From Bacilli bacterium (GTDB lineage: Bacteria > Bacillota_I > Bacilli_A > RFN20 > CAG-826), in contig JALCDB010000001.1 of the NCBI GenBank assembly GCA_022641095.1, forward strand, positions 311,859 to 375,858: a DNA stretch of 64,000 nt, read 5' to 3'. Of the stretch, positions 28,307 to 38,074 are shown piece by piece. The notes under the pieces were generated by a model. The model saw only the letters and a program-made list of their open reading frames with translations, ran no database searches and was not told the DNA's origin. A program made the position numbers and the translations under genes. Numbering within the stretch: position 1 is the stretch's first letter; every line of letters begins with the position of its first letter.

Positions 28307-28405
28307 GTCGCTAGGAAGATTATAGAAGGGGAAGGAAAGGTTGGCAACGCAAGAGGAAACGAAAAAGGCCAACCTTCATCAGGCTGGCCTTCGTTTGTCA
28401 CTTGC

Positions 28406-28771
28406 TTATTTCTTCGCGGTTTTTCTATCCTGCTCTTTGATACGGGCGGCTTTGCCGGAGAGTTTACGCATGTAATGGATGCGGGCTCGGCGGACGCAGC
28501 CAACCTTGACGAGCTCAATGCGAGCGATCGAGGGGCTGTTGACGGCGAACGTGCGTTCGACTCCGATGCCGCTTGAGATCTTGCGGACGACGAACGTCTC
28601 GCTGACCCCATGGCCTCGGCGTTGAATGACGACGCCTTCATAAAGCTGAATGCGCTCCTTCTTGTTTTCGATGATGCGGACGTACACCCTCACGGTGTCG
28701 CCGCTCGAGAACGCGGGAACGTCTTTCCGAATCTGGCGGGCGGTGATGTCATTGACAATGTTGTTATTCAT
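28406..28771 (-). CDS. rplS: 50S ribosomal protein L19
   Basis: [37 protein letters not shown]. Confidence 0.98.
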   Translation of the reverse strand: MNNNIVNDITARQIRKDVPAFSSGDTVRVYVRIIENKKERIQLYEGVVIQRRGHGVSETFVVRKISSGIGVERTFAVNSPSIARIELVKVGCVRRARIHYMRKLSGKAARIKEQDRKTAKK

Positions 28772-28799
28772 ATGACGGCCTCCTTTCAAATGGTGTTCT

Positions 28800-28850
28800 C
28801 CTCAGGTTCATGATCCTAGTGACGAGTTCAGCGGAGCCTGCGTATCGTCC
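28800..28850 (-). promoter_or_regulatory. Probable L19 ribosomal protein leader RNA
   Basis: Minus strand ACGAT...CAGGCTCCGCTG...CATGAACCTG hairpin just before the rplS RBS, resembling the Firmicute L19 leader. Confidence 0.5.
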
Positions 28851-29227
28851 TTACGGACGCAAGAAGAATGATAGACTTCGGCCACCAATAAAACAAGAGA
28901 AAAAAGGCTTGCCAGAAAGCAGAAGGACGACGCGGTTCCTCGCGGCGATATGACGGCAAGGCGAAACCATGAAACGTCAAAGAACTCAAACTGCCGTTTT
29001 TATGAAAGGCTTGAGCCGAAACGACGACGACCAAAAGCAAGGAAGCGACGCATTTGCCGAAAATCCGGGTAATCGGCAAGACGAAATAAACGTAATTCGA
29101 GGCTTTTTTGGACACATGCGCCAAAAGCTCCATGGTCTCAGGATTCCTCGGAAGCGCGCCCCTTTCCTTTCCGCGCGTCTCAAACGTTTTCTTTCAAGCC
29201 GCTTTATCGCATGTCAAGCGCAATGAC

Positions 29228-29256
29228 TTGACACGCAATCGACGCAAGCGTAATCT
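29228..29256 (+). promoter_or_regulatory. SigA promoter of the rpsP operon
   Basis: TTGACA-17 bp-TAATCT, 26 nt before ATG 29283. Confidence 0.7.
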
Positions 29257-29282
29257 TTTTTGTGGAAAAGAGGACATCAACC

Positions 29283-29555
29283 ATGTCAGTCAAAATAAGG
29301 TTGACCCGGATGGGCCGCCACAGCAATCCGTTCTACCGCATCGTCGCCGCGGACAGCCATTGCGCCCGCGACGGCCGCATCATCGAGCAAATCGGCGTTT
29401 ACGATCCCGCCAAGGGACTCGAAGGCGCCATCATCGACGAGAAGCTCGCCCGCAAATGGATTGAGGCCGGCGCCATCCCCAGCGACAGCATCCGCGCCAT
29501 GTTCGCGAAAAAAGGCCTTAACGCCAAAGCCGTCAAGGCCAAAGAGGCGAAGTGA
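29283..29555 (+). CDS. rpsP: 30S ribosomal protein S16
   Basis: VKIRLTRMG, PFYRIVAADS, RDGRIIEQIGVYDP. Confidence 0.98.
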   Translation: MSVKIRLTRMGRHSNPFYRIVAADSHCARDGRIIEQIGVYDPAKGLEGAIIDEKLARKWIEAGAIPSDSIRAMFAKKGLNAKAVKAKEAK

Positions 29556-29839
29556 TGGACTACGAGAGTATCGTCCACGGGCTCATCGACCCCCTCATCG
29601 AGCATAAAGACTCGGTGATGATCCGTGAGCTGCCGTCGAACGGCCGCCGTGACGTCACCCTCCTGATCGTCGCCGAGAACGACGACACCGCCCGACTCAT
29701 CGGGAAGCGTGGCGTCGTGGCCAACGCCCTGCGCGAAGCCGTCGACATCGCCGGCAAAGCCGACAACAGCAACGTCCGCATCCACTTGAAGTTCGAAAGT
29801 TTCGACGAAGGCGATGACAATAAGGACGACGCCAAGTGA
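29555..29839 (+). CDS. khpA: KH-domain RNA-binding protein KhpA/YlqC
   Basis: RLIGKRG KH loop; lies between rpsP and rimM. Confidence 0.9.
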   Translation: MDYESIVHGLIDPLIEHKDSVMIRELPSNGRRDVTLLIVAENDDTARLIGKRGVVANALREAVDIAGKADNSNVRIHLKFESFDEGDDNKDDAK

Positions 29840-29861
29840 TTGGCGCCGTTTTTCTCTTTTC

Positions 29862-30362
29862 ATGGACCTCGTGAAACTCGCTGAAATCGCTAAGACGGTC
29901 GGCCTTAAAGGCGATGTCCGCTGCTATTCGCTCACCGATTTTCCTTCAGCCCGCTTCAAACGCGGCCAAAAGCTTTACGTCGGCGAGGAAAACGCCCCCG
30001 TCATCGTGGAGCGCTTCCGGGACGAGGGGCGTTTCGTCGTCCTCGCCTTCAAGGAGTGGCCTTCGATAGAAGAAGCCGAAACGCACCTTCACCAAAGCGT
30101 TTATATCGCCAAGGACGAGGCCCCGCTTCCGAAAGGCTACTACCGCCTTGAGGATTTGAAAGGATGCGAGGTCGCCGACGAAAAAGGAACCAAACTCGGC
30201 GTCGTCTTCGACGTCCTCAGTTACGCCCCCACCAAAACCCTCCGCGTGAGACGCGAAGGCGGGCGTGACTTCTTCGTTCCTTTTCTGATGGGAAAATTCG
30301 TCCTTTCGATCGATCTCGACGCGAAAAGGATTACCATTAAGGTCATGGATGGCCTTTTATGA
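29862..30362 (+). CDS. rimM: Ribosome maturation factor RimM
   Basis: GLKGDV, YYRLEDLKG, VPF; start ATG 29862. Confidence 0.94.
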   Translation: MDLVKLAEIAKTVGLKGDVRCYSLTDFPSARFKRGQKLYVGEENAPVIVERFRDEGRFVVLAFKEWPSIEEAETHLHQSVYIAKDEAPLPKGYYRLEDLKGCEVADEKGTKLGVVFDVLSYAPTKTLRVRREGGRDFFVPFLMGKFVLSIDLDAKRITIKVMDGLL

Positions 30363-31132
30363 GGATAACGATCCTCACTTTGTTCCCCACGATGTTCGAC
30401 GGGTTCCTTGAGAACTCGATCATTAAGCGCGCCCTGGCCAAAAAATGCGTCAGCGTCGACGTCGTCGGAATCCGTTCCTTCACGAAGGACAAATACGGCC
30501 GCACCGACACCCCTCCAATAGGAGGCGGAGCCGGGCTCATCGAGAAATGCCAGCCTATCGTGGACGCGCTCCGCTCCGTGAGAACGCCGGGAAGCCATGC
30601 CGTCCTTTTCTCCCCGCGCGGGGGAACCTATGACGAGAAAAAAGCCCAAAGTTACGCCAAATTGGATCACCTGATCCTCGTCTGCGGCCACTACGAGGGA
30701 GTCGACGAACGGGTCAACCATTACGTCGACGAGCTCCTTTCGATCGGGGACTACGTCCTCACCGGGGGCGAGATCCCCGCCATGGCGGTCTCCGATTCGG
30801 TCATCCGTCTGCTCGATGGGGCCATCGCCAAGGAATCCCTCGTGGACGAATCCTTCAACGCTCCGCTCCTCGAATACCCCCAATACACCGAGCCGGCCGA
30901 CTATGAGGGCCTGAAGGTGCCGCCCCTGCTCTACACGGGCGACCACGGGGCCATCGCCAAGTGGCGCCGCAAACAATCCCTCGACCTCACGCGGAAGCAT
31001 CGGGCGGACCTCTTCGGAAAACTGGAGCTCACGAAGCAAGACAAAAAGCTTCTCGCCGAGCTCGACGGCGGAGAGGCCCCCAAGTGGGAAACCACCGCTC
31101 TTGAAAAGGGCAAGAAGTTCATTAAAAAATGA
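30359..31132 (+). CDS. trmD: tRNA (guanine-37-N1) methyltransferase
   Basis: TLFP, GGGAG, CGHYEGVDER, SIGDYVLTGGE, LEYPQYT. Confidence 0.97.
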   Translation: MRITILTLFPTMFDGFLENSIIKRALAKKCVSVDVVGIRSFTKDKYGRTDTPPIGGGAGLIEKCQPIVDALRSVRTPGSHAVLFSPRGGTYDEKKAQSYAKLDHLILVCGHYEGVDERVNHYVDELLSIGDYVLTGGEIPAMAVSDSVIRLLDGAIAKESLVDESFNAPLLEYPQYTEPADYEGLKVPPLLYTGDHGAIAKWRRKQSLDLTRKHRADLFGKLELTKQDKKLLAELDGGEAPKWETTALEKGKKFIKK

Positions 31133-31151
31133 GGCTTAGCCTCATTTTTTT
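31124..31151. terminator. Bidirectional terminator between convergent trmD and the flavin reductase gene
   Basis: AAAAAATGAGGC-tta-GCCTCATTTTTT inverted repeat. Confidence 0.75.
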
Positions 31152-31153
31152 CT

Positions 31154-31649
31154 TTATTCGACAAATGCTTTCACGATTCTAGCGACATACATTGAGTGAT
31201 GGCTCCCGTCGGGATAGTATTTTCCCTTAATCGCGGGATCGAGGATATCTCCGCTTGGGAGCGCGGTCGAAAGAAGCTTCTTTCCGACGATCGCGAGTTT
31301 CGATTCCTTGAAGTAAGGGACCCCATCCTCGCGGAGGAGAGTCAGCCCGCTTTCCCCGATCTTGTCCTCGTCGCGGCCCGAGACCCGCCCAAAGTATTCC
31401 CATAAATCGGCGTGCCCTTTGTCGAGCAGGCACACCGAATAGCCGTCGGCCTTCTCGAAGAGGCCGTGCGAGTAGCGGGACGTCTTGATGAAAACGAAGA
31501 CGCAGGGCACGGACCAAAGGTTTCCTAAAGCGCCCCCAGGCGATCGTGATGGCGTTCCTCTTTCCTTCCGCCTCCACCACCGCCACGGCGGGATGGGCGA
31601 AAAGGGAAAAGGGATCGCAAGGGATTCCCTTCGGATCGATTTCCTTCAT
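31154..31649 (-). pseudogene. Flavin reductase-like protein with a +1 frameshift
   Basis: N-half ...NAITIAWG joins ALGNLWSVPCVFVFIKTSRYS...GRVSGRDEDK...HSMYVARI if one G is removed from the G5 run (C5 at 31533-31537). Confidence 0.8.
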
Positions 31650-32989
31650 CGAAACCCGCCTCCGAAGCCGCCCGGCATCTTGCCGCCGCGCTGATACTGC
31701 TTCATCATCTTCATCTGCTGCTTGGCTTGATCGAATTTCTTTAAGACGCGGTTCACGTCGGCGTTAACCTTCCCCGCACCCTTGGCGATGCGGTTCTTCT
31801 GCGAGAACTTCAGCGCTTCGGGATGCCGCCTCTCATAGGGGGTCATCGAATCGATGATGGTTTCAAAGTCCTTCATCTGCCGCTCGGCCGCGCTCTTTTG
31901 CTCGTCCGTGAGATTAGGCATGCCGGGGATCATCTTGGCGATCGCCCCCAGGCTGCCGATCTTTTGGACCATCTTCATTTGCTTAAGCATGTCTTCGAGG
32001 GTGAACTCGCCCTGCATCATTTTCTTGGCTTGGCGTTCGGCGTCCTTCTCGTCGATCTTTTCCTTGGCCTTCTCGACCAAAGTGACGACGTCGCCCATGC
32101 CGAGGATGCGATCGGCCATGCGCGAAGGATAAAAGACGTCGAGGTCCTCGAGCTTCTCGCCAACCCCGGCGTACTTGATGGGAAGGCCCGTCATATATTT
32201 GATGGACAAGGCCGCGCCTCCCTTGGCGTCGCCGTCGAGTTTCGACATGATGAGGCCGGTGAGACGGACTTCCTTGTTGAAGGCGTTAGCCACGTTCACC
32301 GCGTCCTGGCCCGACATCGCGTCCACGAGAAGAAGGGTTTCCTCGGGACGAGTTTCCTTGCCGATGTCGGCCAACTCCTTCATCAGCCTCTCGTCGACGG
32401 AAAGGCGGCCGGCGGTGTCGAGGATCAGCAAATCGTAATTCTCCGACGCCGCTTTCCCCCTAGCGGCCTTCGCGATCTCGACGGGAGGCACGTCGGTGCC
32501 CATTTCGAAGAAATCGACCCCGATCTCCTCCGCGATGGTCCGTAGCTGGTCGAGGGCGGCCGGGCGATAAACGTCAAGGCCGGCGAGCAGAACCCTTTTG
32601 CCCTCTTTGCTCTTATAGTGAAGCGCCAATTTTCCGGCGGTCGTGGTTTTGCCCGAGCCCTGCAGGCCCACGAGCATGAGGGTTGTCGGACCGCCATGGG
32701 CGAATTCGATGCCTCTATTGTTCTCACCCAAAAGGGAGACGATCTCGTCATGGCATATTTTGATGAGCATCTCGCTCGGGGACACCTTCGCGTAGACCTT
32801 CTCGCCAAGGGCTTTTTCCTTCACGTCGCTGACGAAGGCCTTGACCACTTGGTAGTTGACGTCGCTCTCGAGAAGCGCCACTCGGATTTCCCGCGCCGCT
32901 TCGTCCATGTTCGCTTCGGTCAAAAGGCTTTGACCCCTCATCTTCTTGAAAACGTTCTGAAAACGTTGGGACAACGATTCAAATGCCAT
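31646..32989 (-). CDS. ffh: Signal recognition particle protein
   Basis: GLQGSGKTT, DTAGR, SKLDGDAKGG, Met-rich M domain. Confidence 0.98.
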   Translation of the reverse strand: MAFESLSQRFQNVFKKMRGQSLLTEANMDEAAREIRVALLESDVNYQVVKAFVSDVKEKALGEKVYAKVSPSEMLIKICHDEIVSLLGENNRGIEFAHGGPTTLMLVGLQGSGKTTTAGKLALHYKSKEGKRVLLAGLDVYRPAALDQLRTIAEEIGVDFFEMGTDVPPVEIAKAARGKAASENYDLLILDTAGRLSVDERLMKELADIGKETRPEETLLLVDAMSGQDAVNVANAFNKEVRLTGLIMSKLDGDAKGGAALSIKYMTGLPIKYAGVGEKLEDLDVFYPSRMADRILGMGDVVTLVEKAKEKIDEKDAERQAKKMMQGEFTLEDMLKQMKMVQKIGSLGAIAKMIPGMPNLTDEQKSAAERQMKDFETIIDSMTPYERRHPEALKFSQKNRIAKGAGKVNADVNRVLKKFDQAKQQMKMMKQYQRGGKMPGGFGGGFR

Positions 32990-33317
32990 GGTTGAGGATT
33001 TCCTCCAATTTCGCTAAGGCGGACTCTCTTTCCTTGGGTGAGCCCTCGCGGGCTTCTTTCAGAAGCTTTGTCGCCTCCCTTTGGCGGGAAAGCAAACCGA
33101 GTCGGCTTTCGTCTTCCTTCATCTTGGAAAGCGACTTCCCGAGCGAATCGCTCACGGCCGCGCGGCTGATGCTTTCGTTCTCGGCGATCTCGGACAAGGA
33201 AAGATCATAGGAATAATAATAGGAAAAAAGGGCTTTCTCCCGTTCGGTCAGAAGCGGGCCGTAAACCTCAAAGAGGCGAACGGCCTCGTCCCGATCCGCC
33301 AAAATGTCCGCGCTCAT
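32979..33317 (-). CDS. ylxM: YlxM-family DNA-binding protein
   Basis: YGPLLTERE..YY..DLSLSEIAE..ISRAAV; lies between ftsY and ffh. Confidence 0.92.
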   Translation of the reverse strand: MSADILADRDEAVRLFEVYGPLLTEREKALFSYYYSYDLSLSEIAENESISRAAVSDSLGKSLSKMKEDESRLGLLSRQREATKLLKEAREGSPKERESALAKLEEILNHGI

Positions 33318-34285
33318 TTGGATCCTCCCAAAAGCAATCCGTGCAAATACTTATCGAGGTCGAACTCCTCGAGGTCGTCCATTTTCTCGCCTAGGCCGAT
33401 GAAACGGACCGGAACGCCAATCTCGTCGCGAATCGAAAGGATGATGCCGCCTTTGGACGTTCCGTCCATCTTGGTGATGACGACGCCCGAGAGATCCGTG
33501 CAATCCTTGAAGGCGCTTGCCTGTTCGACGCCGTTTTGCCCCGTCGTCGCGTCGACCACGAGGAAAGTCTCGTGAGGGGCGCCCGGAATGGCGCGCGAAA
33601 GGACCCGTTTCGTCTTGACAAGCTCATCCATGAGGGCGCTTTTGTTCTGCAAGCGGCCCGCGGTGTCGACGATGCAAAGGTCGATGCCGTGCTCTTTGGC
33701 ATAGAGGGCCCCGTCATAGGCCACGGACGCCGGATCGGCCGCCGCCTTGCCGCAAACGATGGGCACTTCAAGGCGCGAGGCCCAGACCTTAAGTTGTTCC
33801 ACCGCCCCCGCCCGAAAGGTGTCGGCGGCGACGAACATGCATTTCTTGCCCCGCTTCCCATAGCGATAGGCGAGTTTGGCGATGGTCGTGGTCTTGCCCA
33901 CCCCATTGACCCCGACGACCAAAAGAACGGTCGGCCCCCCTTTGGCGAAGCGGATCTCGTTCTCGATATCCTCGCCTTTGCTCACGTAATCGACGAACAT
34001 CATGTCGATGAGTTCCTCGTTGATCGCGGAAGGGTCGTTGATTTTCTCTTTTTTGCTTTTGTCGAGGAGTTTCTCGATCAGGCGAAGCGAAAGGGCGACC
34101 CCGACGTCGGCCTCGACCAGAATCTGCTCCAGTTCCTCGAAATAGTCGCTGTTGACTGTTTTATAACGCTTGGCGAGCTCCGCCAGTTTGTCGCCGAAGG
34201 AAGCCCGGGATTTGCTGAGGCCCCGATCGTATTGATCCGGCTGCTTTTTTTGGAATTTGCCCTTCAGGAAAGCAAGAACGCCCAT
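33314..34285 (-). CDS. ftsY: SRP receptor FtsY
   Basis: GVNGVGKTTT, DTFRAGA, DTAGR, TKMDGTSKGG; start ATG 34285. Confidence 0.97.
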   Translation of the reverse strand: MGVLAFLKGKFQKKQPDQYDRGLSKSRASFGDKLAELAKRYKTVNSDYFEELEQILVEADVGVALSLRLIEKLLDKSKKEKINDPSAINEELIDMMFVDYVSKGEDIENEIRFAKGGPTVLLVVGVNGVGKTTTIAKLAYRYGKRGKKCMFVAADTFRAGAVEQLKVWASRLEVPIVCGKAAADPASVAYDGALYAKEHGIDLCIVDTAGRLQNKSALMDELVKTKRVLSRAIPGAPHETFLVVDATTGQNGVEQASAFKDCTDLSGVVITKMDGTSKGGIILSIRDEIGVPVRFIGLGEKMDDLEEFDLDKYLHGLLLGGSK

Positions 34286-34286
34286 C

Positions 34287-34985
34287 CTATTCGCCTCCCT
34301 TGAGCTCGGCCCGCTTAGCCATGGCGTTTCGGGCGGCCGCGACTTCGGCGAGCTTCTTGCTCCGCCCTTCGCCGCGCCCCAACTCCTGATCCTCGAAATA
34401 GACCGCGGCCACGTAACGTTTGGCATGGGCTGGGCCCTCTTCGGAAAGGATCTGGTAACGGACGGACTCTTTGTTCTCGGCCTGCATAGCCTCCTGAAGC
34501 TCGTTCTTGGGGTTGATGTCGGGGATGACCGCGGCGTTTTTGATGTCTTCCTCGAAAAGACCGCGGACGAACCTGTAGCAGAAATCAAGCCCCTGATCGA
34601 GATAAAGGGCTCCGATGAAAGATTCGAAAACGTCCTCAAGGACCCGGGAAGCGCTATGGATGTCGCCCTGAAAGGAAACGCCAAGGCGGACGAAATCGTC
34701 AAGGCCGAGCTTCCGCCCATAGGCGGATTCGCTTTCGGTGCGAATGAATTGGGATTTGAGTTTGCTTAAATCCCCTTGCTCCATGTCGGGGTGGTAAATG
34801 AAGCAAAGTTCGCTCGTCACCATGCCGACGACGGCGTCGCCCAAAAACTCGAGACGCTCATAATCGCGGTGGCGGGTCCCGACCATGCCATTGACGCTTG
34901 AGTGGGTGAACGCCAACTCGAAAAGCGTCGGATCGTGGGGCACGAATCCGAATTTGCGATATAAAAGCGCCAAATCCTTAGCCAT
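34287..34985 (-). CDS. rnc: Ribonuclease III
   Basis: ERLEFLGDAV signature and dsRBD; start ATG 34985. Confidence 0.97.
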   Translation of the reverse strand: MAKDLALLYRKFGFVPHDPTLFELAFTHSSVNGMVGTRHRDYERLEFLGDAVVGMVTSELCFIYHPDMEQGDLSKLKSQFIRTESESAYGRKLGLDDFVRLGVSFQGDIHSASRVLEDVFESFIGALYLDQGLDFCYRFVRGLFEEDIKNAAVIPDINPKNELQEAMQAENKESVRYQILSEEGPAHAKRYVAAVYFEDQELGRGEGRSKKLAEVAAARNAMAKRAELKGGE

Positions 34986-35955
34986 TGGCGACTCCTGCGG
35001 CGATTTTCTCAACCAGTCCGGCCTTGGCGAGTCTGTCCGCGAGCTCAATCGCATGGAAAAAGGCTTCGCCGTCGCTGTTGCCATGGGCTTTCACGACGAC
35101 GGCGTTCACGCCGATAAGCAAAGCGCCGCCGGTCTTCTTGGGGTTCATTTTGTCCTTGAGGGCCTTAAGGCCGCCGCGAACGAAAAGATAGGAAAGTTTA
35201 CTCAGTGGGTTCCTCATGAACGCTTTCTTGAGCAAACCCGACATCCCTTTGGCGGCCCCTTCGAGCGACTTCAGCATCACGTTGCCGCTGTAACCGTCGG
35301 CGACGATAACGTCGGCCTGGCCCTTAAGGACGGCTGAGGCTTCGATGTTGCCTAGGAAATTAAGGCGCTTATCAGCCTTTAGAAGCGGGAAAGCCTCCTT
35401 GCCTAGGGGCGAGCCTTTCCCATCCTCGCTTCCGTTGGAAAGGAGCCGCACCCGCGGTTTTTCGATGCCGTAAACCTCTTGGCAATAAAGCGTCCCCATG
35501 AGACCGAACTGGGCAAGTTCCTCGGCGGTGTTGGCGTTTGAGGCGCCAACATCGAGAACAGTCGCGAATCCATCGCCCTCAAGATTCGGGAAGGCCGTCA
35601 CGAGAGCGGGCCGCAAAACGCCCGGGATTTTCTTGTTAATAAGGGTCGCGGCCGTTAGGAAAGCCCCCGTGGACCCGGCCGATATGACTCCGTCGGCCCC
35701 GGTCAAGGCGACCGCGGAAACGGCTTTGACGAGACTGGAGCCCTTTTTGCGAAGGACCTCAAGGACCCCCACGTCCATCTTGAGGACATCCGGGGCGTCA
35801 ATGACCTCGTAACCCGTCAAGTCCGCCAACTCCTCCTTTTTGCCCACCAAAACGAGCGTGGTCTCCGGATGGGCGGCGGAAAAAAGGCGGACCCCTTCCT
35901 TGGCGGCGAGGCTCCCCAAGTCGCTTCCCATCATGTCGATCACGAGTTTGCTCAT
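34978..35955 (-). CDS. plsX: Phosphate acyltransferase PlsX
   Basis: IDMMGSD, SAGSTGA, RPAL, LDVGA, DGYSGN, KAHGNS. Confidence 0.96.
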   Translation of the reverse strand: MSKLVIDMMGSDLGSLAAKEGVRLFSAAHPETTLVLVGKKEELADLTGYEVIDAPDVLKMDVGVLEVLRKKGSSLVKAVSAVALTGADGVISAGSTGAFLTAATLINKKIPGVLRPALVTAFPNLEGDGFATVLDVGASNANTAEELAQFGLMGTLYCQEVYGIEKPRVRLLSNGSEDGKGSPLGKEAFPLLKADKRLNFLGNIEASAVLKGQADVIVADGYSGNVMLKSLEGAAKGMSGLLKKAFMRNPLSKLSYLFVRGGLKALKDKMNPKKTGGALLIGVNAVVVKAHGNSDGEAFFHAIELADRLAKAGLVEKIAAGVANG

Positions 35956-36005
35956 ATTCTCTTTCTTTCTCTCGCTAGTATAGCGAGAAGCGAAGGCAAT
36001 CGCCA

Positions 36006-37997
36006 CTAAGCGAGCGTGCTCCCCTTGCTTTCCTTCTTCGCTCTTTCGCTTATGGGGCCGTATTCGAGGCGCCCTTCGGAGGCGAGGATGGAAGCGGCGT
36101 CATCGCGGGCGCATTCGAAAATCTTGAAATCGCTGATGACGTTGGCGTAGCGGAAATCGGGCAAACCGCTTTGCTTCGTGCCGGCGATTTCGCCCGGACC
36201 CCGCAAACGCAGATCCTCCTCGGCGATCTTGAAACCGTCCTCGGTATGGAGAAGGACGGACAGCTTTTCGACGTCCTCCTCTTTTTCCTCGCTCACCATG
36301 ATGAAGGAAGCGGGGCTTCCGTCGCGCCCGATGCGGCCCCTAAGCTGATGGAGGCTCGAAAGGGAGAAATGCGTCGGGTCATAGACCACCATGGCGTCGG
36401 CCTCTTTGACGTCGAGCCCGACCTCGACGAGGGAGGTGGCCACGAGGATCGGGCAAAGGCCTGTTCGGAAGGCGAGGCTCGCGGCTTCTTTCTCAAGGGG
36501 GTCCATCCGCCCATGCATCATCGTGACCTTCCCCGGATAGAGGCGCTTGAACGCGGCCGCCCTCTTAAGGACGGAAGAGTCTTCGTCGGCCCCGTTGATC
36601 GTTGGGGCGACGATAAAAACGCGATGGCCGCTTTCCAAAGATCCATCAATCGTCTTCTTTATCAGCGCGGAACCTGGCTTCACAAGGAAAGTCCCCACTT
36701 GCCGTTTGCCCGAAGGGAACGAAGAGAGGGAGCTCACGTCAAGGTCGCCATAGATGGTGAGGGTGAGGGTTCGGGGAATCGGCGTAGCCGACATGAGCAG
36801 AAGATCCGCATGCTCGCCTTTGCCGAGGAGCCTTGAGCGCTGATCGACTCCGAACTTATGCTGCTCGTCGATGATGGCGAGACCAAGATAAGCGTATTCG
36901 ACCCCCTTGGAAAAAAGGGCATGGGTGCCCACCACCACGTCGATCGTCCCGTCGGCGATATCGCGAAGCGTGGCGGAGCGTTCGGCCGGAGCCAAAGAGC
37001 CCACGAGCAACCCCACGCGGACGTTCGTGCCCTTGAAAAAGCCGCAAAGGGTTTCGTAATGCTGATGGGCGAGGGTATCGGTCGGAACGAGAAACGCCGT
37101 CTGCTCGCTTCGCGTGTAATTGGCGAAGGAAAGCACACCGGCCACAAGGGTTTTGCCCGTTCCGACGTCCCCTTGAAGAAGTCGGTACATGACGGAAGGC
37201 GAATCCATGTCGGCAAGGGCCTCCCTAACGGCCCGCGATTGGTCTGGGGTCATTTTGTAAGGAAGGCTCGCGACGAATCGCCCCAGTTTTTCTTGATCGA
37301 TCCTCCGGCGGCGATCTTTTCGAAGCGACTTATTGGCTTTTCGGGCCATTTGGGTAGCGAGGGAAAAGACGAGGGCATCCTCGTACTTGAGGGTTCGCAG
37401 GGCTTGATGGACGTCTTCGTAGGAACTTGGGAAATGCGCCTTATACAGAGCGTCGAAATGCGATAAAAGCCGATATTTCCGGCTGAACTCAGGAGGCACG
37501 ACGTCGGGGGTTCTCCCTTTGGCATCGAGAAAACACCGTTTCAGCAAAGGAAGGTAGGTTCGCATCGAAACGCTTGCGGGCAGCGAGTAAACGGGACGCA
37601 AGGTCCGTCTCGGGTCGATAGGGCCCTTCACGATGTTGACGAGGGCCAGGGCGTGCCGCCTTTTCTCATAGATGCCGACGAGAGTGTAGGAAGCCCCTTC
37701 CTCAAGGAAATTCCCAAGGTAGCGGCGGTTCCAAGCCTCGACGAGGAAGGAGGCCCCGTCTTGGCTCTCGAAATAAAAACGATACAGGACCCTTGCCCCA
37801 AAACGAAGAGGGTGAGCCAATGGGCCTTTGAGGCGACCGTAGACAACCACCCTTTCCTTGTCTTCGTAAATGGCTTTAGCGGGCGTTAAAGCGTAGTTCT
37901 CGTAGCGGCGCGGAATATGCTCAAGAACATCCCGTTCCGAAACGATTCCGTATTGGAGGAGGGCCGCGTTCATAAGCGGGGATCTCGTCAGTTCCAT
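36006..37997 (-). CDS. recG: ATP-dependent DNA helicase RecG
   Basis: QGDVGTGKT, DEQH, SATPIPRT, HQLRGRIGR, DLRLRGPG. Confidence 0.97.
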   Translation of the reverse strand: MELTRSPLMNAALLQYGIVSERDVLEHIPRRYENYALTPAKAIYEDKERVVVYGRLKGPLAHPLRFGARVLYRFYFESQDGASFLVEAWNRRYLGNFLEEGASYTLVGIYEKRRHALALVNIVKGPIDPRRTLRPVYSLPASVSMRTYLPLLKRCFLDAKGRTPDVVPPEFSRKYRLLSHFDALYKAHFPSSYEDVHQALRTLKYEDALVFSLATQMARKANKSLRKDRRRRIDQEKLGRFVASLPYKMTPDQSRAVREALADMDSPSVMYRLLQGDVGTGKTLVAGVLSFANYTRSEQTAFLVPTDTLAHQHYETLCGFFKGTNVRVGLLVGSLAPAERSATLRDIADGTIDVVVGTHALFSKGVEYAYLGLAIIDEQHKFGVDQRSRLLGKGEHADLLLMSATPIPRTLTLTIYGDLDVSSLSSFPSGKRQVGTFLVKPGSALIKKTIDGSLESGHRVFIVAPTINGADEDSSVLKRAAAFKRLYPGKVTMMHGRMDPLEKEAASLAFRTGLCPILVATSLVEVGLDVKEADAMVVYDPTHFSLSSLHQLRGRIGRDGSPASFIMVSEEKEEDVEKLSVLLHTEDGFKIAEEDLRLRGPGEIAGTKQSGLPDFRYANVISDFKIFECARDDAASILASEGRLEYGPISERAKKESKGSTLA

Positions 37998-38074
37998 GAT
38001 GTTATTTTACCATGGTCGGCTTCGCTTGGTCGGAAAGAAAAAAGCCCGCTTGACGGGCTTTCTTTCCTTTTTTC

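Noticed and set aside
28828-29226. Short ORFs in the rplS-rpsP gap
   Set aside because: No RBS or motifs; better explained as a divergent promoter and inversion-breakpoint region
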